Assembly: GCA_963789395.1 (NCBI GenBank)
Contig: CAWBKP010000024.1
Coordinates: forward strand, 96,001-160,000
Source of the DNA: an uncultured delta proteobacterium
Lineage (GTDB): Bacteria > Desulfobacterota > Desulfobacteria > Desulfobacterales > Desulfatirhabdiaceae
Reading direction: 5' to 3'
DNA length: 64,000 bases
Part shown: positions 58,260 to 64,000 of the stretch, one piece after another
Layout of the letters: each line of letters starts with the position of its first letter
How positions within the stretch are numbered: position 1 is the first letter of the stretch
Notes under the pieces: model-generated
What the model was told of the DNA's origin: nothing
The model's database searches: none
Seen by the model: only the letters and a program-made list of their open reading frames with translations
Made by a program: the position numbers and the translations under genes

Positions 58260-59972
58260 ATGCTTCTGGAAGGTTTCACAGCCTATGATGCAACGGATGC
58301 CGAACGCTACACCCGTCTGAGATGGTGGAGCGGGCTGACGTTCGGCGATGTTCTCGATAAGGCTGCGGATGTGTATCCGGGAAAAGAAGCTATCGTGGAT
58401 GACAGTGGCCGGTATACCTATGCCCAAATTCGGGAAAAAGCAGACCGCCTGGCAATCGGTCTGTATCATCTTGGCCTCCGGCCGCTGGATCGCGTCCTTG
58501 CTGCAGCTTTCCAACTGGCAGCGAGTTTGTTGTGGCCTATTTTTGCGCTGCAAAAAATCGGGGCAGTTCCCGTGGTGTTGATTGCCCGGTACCGCCAGTA
58601 TGAAATTGATCACCTGGCCCCGCATATCCGGCGCAACCGCCTGGATTGTCGCAGAACGTTTCAGAAAAACCGATTATCTTCCCATCATCGAAGACGTGTT
58701 GCACGATCACCCGCAGATCGCCTTGACCCTTCTGTGCCGGCGGGAACAACACCGGCACTTCCCGGACCTGAATGACGTGATCGACCGGACAGCTCTCGAT
58801 GAAGAACCCGGCGGCTTCTGGAAGTTTTTAGACCCGATCCATGCAGGATACACATGGGGCCGACCGGCGGGACAACCGGGCTTCCCAAGCTGGCTCCCCA
58901 TACCCACAACAATTATCTCTGCAAGGTTGAGTATTCGGCCAGGGCAAGCGAGTTCAACCAGAACACCGCCTGTTTGGTCGTTCTGCCTGCGGCGCATGAT
59001 TTGCCCTTTGCCAACGGCATTTGCGCCACGCTGTTTGCCTGCGGCCGACTGGTTCTCCAGAACCGGACCGACCCGGACAGTATCTGCCGTGCCATTCAGG
59101 ATGAGAAGATCAATACCGTCATCTGGGTTCCCACCCTGGCGTATCGGGTGCTGACCAGTTCGAGGCTGGATTGTTTTGACCTGAGCAGCCTGAAAACCAT
59201 TTATTGCGGCGGCGGTGACGGTTCCCGGAGTTGATTAAAACAGCGGTTGAAAAACTGAAATGTTCTTATATTTGCGGCTACGGGGGAACCGAGGGCATGC
59301 TGGTCACCACCCGTTGCCATGATAATACAAATGTCTGCTGCCGGACAATCGGCAAGCCAACCTGTCCGTATGACAGCTACAGGGTTGTCGATGACGCGGG
59401 ACGCGATCTACCACCCGGCGTCAACGGGAATCTGGTAGTCAAAGGACCCTCCATTTTCACCGGGTATTTCAATCAGTCCCGGGAGAACGCGCCAGTGTTT
59501 ACCCCGGAAGGATATTCTTCGTACCGGCGATTTGGCTGCCATCGATTCATCCGGCTATATTTCCCTGTGCGGACGGTCCAAAGACGCCCATCAGCGGGGC
59601 GGTGAAAGCATATTTCCGGCTGAAATCGAGAAATTGATCGAAGGGCATCCGGATGTGGCGATTGTATCGGTGGTGGGCATGCCGGAACCGGAAATAGGAG
59701 ACGCACGCTGCCTGATTTCCAAACAAGAACCCGGAAAGACGTTAACGGCGCCTCAGGTCATTCAATATGTGAAAGATCAGAAAGCATCCGTACTTCTGAC
59801 TCCCGAACGAATTGAATTCATGGACAGTATCCCATTGACGGCAACCGGCAAAATCGACAAGCTGGCACTGAAAGCCGATATCATCAGCAAACTGGGCCTT
59901 CGTCCGGATCAGGCCCAAAAACTCGTCTTCAATCCTGAAAATCTACAAACAAAGGAACCGACATGTCCCTGA
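58260..59972 (+). CDS. AMP-forming aryl/acyl-CoA ligase (DhbE-like adenylation family; indels)
   Basis: RYTRLRWW, PTGGTTGLPKL, LPAAH, YGGTEG, YRTGD-like, RGGE, PLTATGKIDK. Confidence 0.88.
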
Positions 59973-60725
59973 CAGCGGCGGAACAGGTGCGATATGACCG
60001 GCAGTTGATGCTCCCGGAAATCGGGGAAACCGGGCAGGTCCGGCTGAAAGCGGCCCGGGTCTTCATTGCAGGTCTTGGCGGGCTGGGGTCCGTGTCCGCG
60101 GGATATCTGGCTGCGGCAGGCGTGGGGTATCTGCGTATTGTCGATTCGGATCGGGTGGAACTGGGAAATCTGAATCAACAGATCCTGCACCGTACCCCGG
60201 ATATCGGAAAAATGCAAACTGATTCCGCCGTGGAAGGCCTTTCTGCGGTAAATCCGGCATGCAGCCTGGATACCGATAGCGGAAAAGATTACGATCGATA
60301 ATGTGGTGGATATGGTTAAGGGATGCACCCTGATTCTGGATGCAACCGACAATATCCAGACCAGAAAAGCCTTGAACCGGGCATCCATCGCGTTGAATCT
60401 GCAGTAATCCTGTCTCCGGGGATCGACGGTTTTTCCGGTATGTGTGACCACATTTGTGCCAAAAGAGACGCCTTGTTTCGAATGTCTGTTTCCGAATGAG
60501 GGTGGAAAAGCCGGTAAGATCGCTGCCATGGGTCCGATCGCCGGTCTGGTTGCCTCCCTGCAATGTCTGGAAGCCATGAAGATGATATTGAACCTGGATG
60601 GACTCTTGACCAATCGATTGCTGATCATCAACGGCAGGCATCTGTCTTTCCGGGAAATATCCATCAGGAAAAACAGGGAATGCCCCATCTGCACTGAAAG
60701 GAGAACCAATGCCGGAAAAACTAAC
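59963..60725 (+). CDS. HesA/MoeB/ThiF-family adenylyltransferase (indels; 3' end approximate)
   Basis: RYDRQLMLPEIG, GLGGLGS, DRVELGNL, DATDN, PCFECLFP, CPIC. Confidence 0.9.
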
Positions 60726-60921
60726 CGTTATCATCAATGGCTGCGAAGAGCGCATTCCGGAGAACTCCACCATTTTGTCACTGCTGGAGCTCTTTCGGCG
60801 AGCATAATGACCATCTGATCGTCGAGCACAATGATTTTTTTGCTCCGCCGCATCGATATGATTCCATAAAGGTCAACGAAGGGGATGTGGTTCGGTTCTC
60901 AACCCCAATCTTGGCGGCTGA
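60709..60921 (+). CDS. ThiS/MoaD-like sulfur carrier protein (indels)
   Basis: MPEKLTVIING...IVEHN...EGDVV...NPNLGG* with C-terminal Gly-Gly; AAGGAG RBS. Confidence 0.8.
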
Positions 60922-61006
60922 CGGAGTCCGATTGATACAGGCCATGAACCTGAATCATGCGTTTATGAACAATCTACAATCGTCAATTCAATTATAAGGG
61001 GAACTG

Positions 61007-61873
61007 ATGATTTTACCACGGTTTGAGTACTGTAAACGATTCAGGTTCCGAGGAGGCGGTATCCATTCTGGCCCAACATCCCGGCAAGGCAGAGCATAAT
61101 TGCCGGTGGCACGGATATCATGGTGAATATGAAACGAAGGGTGATCAAACCGGAACTTCTGGTGTCACTCCACAAACTGGATGAACTGAGAGGGTTTGCG
61201 CTCCAGGACAACGACCGATATCGTATCGGGGTATTAACCACCATGCATGAGGTGGCGGCATCCAGCGAAATAACCGGGTTTATTTCCCGCACTGGCAGCT
61301 GCTGCCGGAGGCATGGGATCACCGCAGATTCGAAACCGCGCCACCATCGGCGGCAACCTGGTATCATCGCGGCCGGCGCGCGGACTTCATCGGTCCATTG
61401 ATTGCCTACGATGCCCTGGTGCGGCTTCAGGGGGAATCTTGATGACCGCCTCGTGCCCGTGGATAGTTTCTGTACCGGTCCGGGCGAGTGTATTCTCTTC
61501 AATAATGAAATTATGACCGATATTTTTCTGAATACACCAAGCCGGGAACCCGTGGGGTTTATGTCAAGTTCGGAACCCGAAAAACGATGGAAATTTCTAT
61601 CATCAGCGTGACAACAGTCATGCAGTTTGATCCCGGTGAGGTGTGTCAGGATGCGCGGATTGTCCTGGGTGCGGTTGCCCCAACGTTTATCCGTGCGCCT
61701 GAAGCTGAAAATCTGCTGAAGGGTCAGAAAATCACGGCCGAACTGGCGCAGAAAGCCGGTGAACTGGCAGCCCGGAACTGCAACCCGATCACCGATATCC
61801 GCGCCACGGCCGAGTATCGAAAAATGCTGGTCGAAGCGGTGACAAAAAAAGCATTCTTCAACTGGGAAGTTAA
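61007..61873 (+). CDS. Xanthine dehydrogenase family FAD subunit (CoxM/HcrB-like; indels)
   Basis: MILPRFEY, IAGGTD, QIRNRATIGGNL, ARIVLGAVAPT, DIRATAEYR. Confidence 0.88.
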
Positions 61874-61895
61874 CATAAATACTGCAGGAGACGAT

Positions 61896-62378
61896 ATGAA
61901 AAATGTCATAACACTCAAGATCAACGGGACAACCCATGAGCTGCTGATCGATCCCAATGCCACACTGGCGCAGGTACTGCGCGGCAAGCAACTGAATTTA
62001 ACCGGCACCAAACAGGCTTGCGAGCTTGGCGACTGCGGGGCCTGTACCGTCATTATGGATGGCAAAGCCGTCAATTCCTGTCTGGTGCTGGCCATGCAGG
62101 CGGATGGCTTCGAAATCACCTCGATAGAGGGTCTTGCCGTTGACGGCAAACTGAGTCCGATTCAGGAATCTTTTATCGACGCTGGCGCGATTCAGTGCGG
62201 GTTCTGTTCATCCGGAATGATGATGAGCGCCAAAGCCCTGCTGGATCAAAATCCCTCGCCTTCCCGTAGCAGTCCGTCACGGCATTGCCGGCAACCTTTG
62301 CCGGTGCACCAGATACTATAAATCGTTAATGCCATTGAAATAACGGCGAAAAACTGCCGCAATCAGGGGGGGCAATAA
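61896..62378 (+). CDS. Xanthine dehydrogenase family 2x[2Fe-2S] subunit (CoxS/HcrC-like; indels)
   Basis: GTKQACELGDCGACTV, NSCL, QCGFC, GNLCRCT. Confidence 0.92.
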
Positions 62379-64000
62379 TGGAAGACCATACCAACCAATC
62401 CTACTCTGTTATTGGAAAGCGGCATGTCCGAAAAGGCGTTCCGGAAAAAGCGACCGGCCAGGCCAAATACACCGCTGATATTTCCTTTCCCGATATGCTG
62501 GAAGGGGTGCTTTGCAGCGTCCTGGCCCATGCCCGGATACGGAATATCGACACGTCAAAAGCCCTGCGGCTACCGGAGTCAAGGCGGTCATCACCGCGGC
62601 GGATACCGGAAATGTTTTGTGGGGACATTCCCCGGCCAGGTTTGATGAACATACCCTGGCGGTTGATAAATTCCGGCACATCGGGGATCAGATTGCGGCC
62701 GTGGCGGCTATTGACGAGCAAACCGCAAAGGAAGCCCTGGAGCTGATCAGTGTCGATTATGAGGAGCTTCCGTTTGTGCTGGATCCACTGGATGCCCTGG
62801 CAGAGGCGCGCCGGTGATTCATGACCGGTATCCGGACAATATCACGGCTCAGGTTCACAATCATTTCGGCGATGTGGAAAAAGCTTTTGCCCAAGCCTAT
62901 CACATCCGGACAGACCGGTTTGTAAACAGCAAAACCGATGGCGTCATGATGGAGCCGCAGGCCTGTTTGGCCAAATTTGATTTTTCCGGCAGACTGACGC
63001 TCTGGACATCCACGCAGGTATCGCATTATGTTCAGCGCACCCTGGCCATAGCCCTGAAGATGCCGGTGGATCATATACGCGTCATTGCGCCCTATGTCGG
63101 CGGGGGATTGGACCCAAAGCCTCTACCAACCCGTATGAACCCATCACCTGTTTTCTGGCCAAAGTCACCCGAAGGCCGGTTCGTCTGGTTCTGGACCGGG
63201 AACAGGTTTTCTGGCACAATCGTGCCAGGCACAAATACGTGCATGAAATGAAAACCGCCGTGGACAAGGATGGATATCTGCTGGGTCTGGAACATCTGTC
63301 CGTGCTGGACGGCGGGGCGTACAGCAGTTTCGGGGTAATTACCGCCTATTACAATGGGTCCCTTTTGACGGGCCCGTACCGGCTGCCTGCATGAAATATG
63401 ACGGTATCCGGATTTACACCAACAAACCGGCATCCGGCTCGCTTCGGGGACACGGCGGCATCAGCAACCGGGTATGTTTTGAAGCCCAGCTGGATATGAT
63501 TGCCCGGGATATCGGCATTGATCCCATCGAGCTGCGGCTGAAAAACCGAATGCACCATAATGATACCACCTGCTGCGGATACTATGCCGGAAACCTGAGT
63601 GTGGGTGAATGTCTGGAAGCGGCGCGGGATGATGCCAAATGGCCTGAAAAAAAAGGAAAACTGCCGGCAAACAAGGGAATCGGCGTTGCGACCGGATTCT
63701 TTGTTTCCGGCGCCGGGGCCTGTGTATACCGTACCGACATTCCGCATTCCGCCGTCGTTCTGCGGGTAGCCGATGACGGCAGCCGGGTATCGGCTTTTTC
63801 CGGATCCAATGAACTGGGGCAGGGATCGGATACCGTCATTGCCATGATCGCGGCGGAAGTTCTGGGTCTTACGGTCGATGATATTGAAGTGACTTCCGGT
63901 GATACGGGGCTTTGTCCCGTGGATCTTGGCGCCTATTCCAGCAGGCAGACCCTGATGACCGGAAATGCCACCAAGAAAGCGGCCGAAGCCATCAAGTCCC
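62378..64000 (+). CDS. Xanthine dehydrogenase family molybdopterin subunit, HcrA (4-hydroxybenzoyl-CoA reductase alpha)-like; partial, indels
   Basis: KATGQAKYTAD, AHARI, MEPQA, STQ, VGGG, DGGAYSSFG, LRGHG, ELGQGSDT, DLGAYSSRQT.MTGNA; runs off the window end. Confidence 0.88.

Noticed and set aside
61587..62321. FAD-subunit / Fe-S-subunit fusion protein
   Set aside because: Caused by an indel; the Fe-S gene has its own AGGAG RBS and ATG at 61896

Overview
Bacterial chromosomal window of about 60 genes. Gene content (ThiF/ThiS, TRAP, corrinoid methyltransferase, rubredoxin, PAS hybrid kinases) suggests an anaerobic Desulfobacterota-like organism; this is inference. Many genes are split by single-base indels, especially at 11.8-17.9 kb and 46.8-64 kb, and there is a G46A28 run at 52.5 kb. 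Both look like read or assembly errors, so split genes are reported as reconstructed CDSs. Main blocks: (1) 0.2-11.6 kb: AI-2E and SulP transporters, ppiC, an unannotated 34-aa Lys-rich ORF, a rubredoxin / SH3 / Tat-lipoprotein M48 peptidase / CHASE2 adenylate cyclase run and a heterodimeric ABC exporter. (2) 11.8-17.9 kb: a tandem-PilZ protein with an acyltransferase-like C-terminal half, a V4R/H-NOX-like GAF-PAS hybrid kinase and a divergent SAM methyltransferase, a candidate uncharacterised signal synthesis and sensing module. (3) A SNF2 helicase. (4) 23-33 kb: msrBA plus an ArsS (arsenosugar / rSAM-selenodomain) cluster carrying deletion scars and an interposed ClC gene. (5) 35.8-64 kb: a divergently transcribed B12/molybdenum catabolic island with GntR, MeaB, a three-component corrinoid methyltransferase, TRAP, nitroreductase, amidohydrolase, an acyl-CoA mutase with a remodelled active site, epimerase, carboxyltransferase, beta-oxidation enzymes, two CoA/AMP ligases, ThiF/ThiS and an HcrCAB/XDH-type enzyme. 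Block 5 is the best candidate for an undescribed anaerobic degradation pathway. No rRNA, tRNA or CRISPR array was seen. Family assignments come from motif recognition only; no searches were run.
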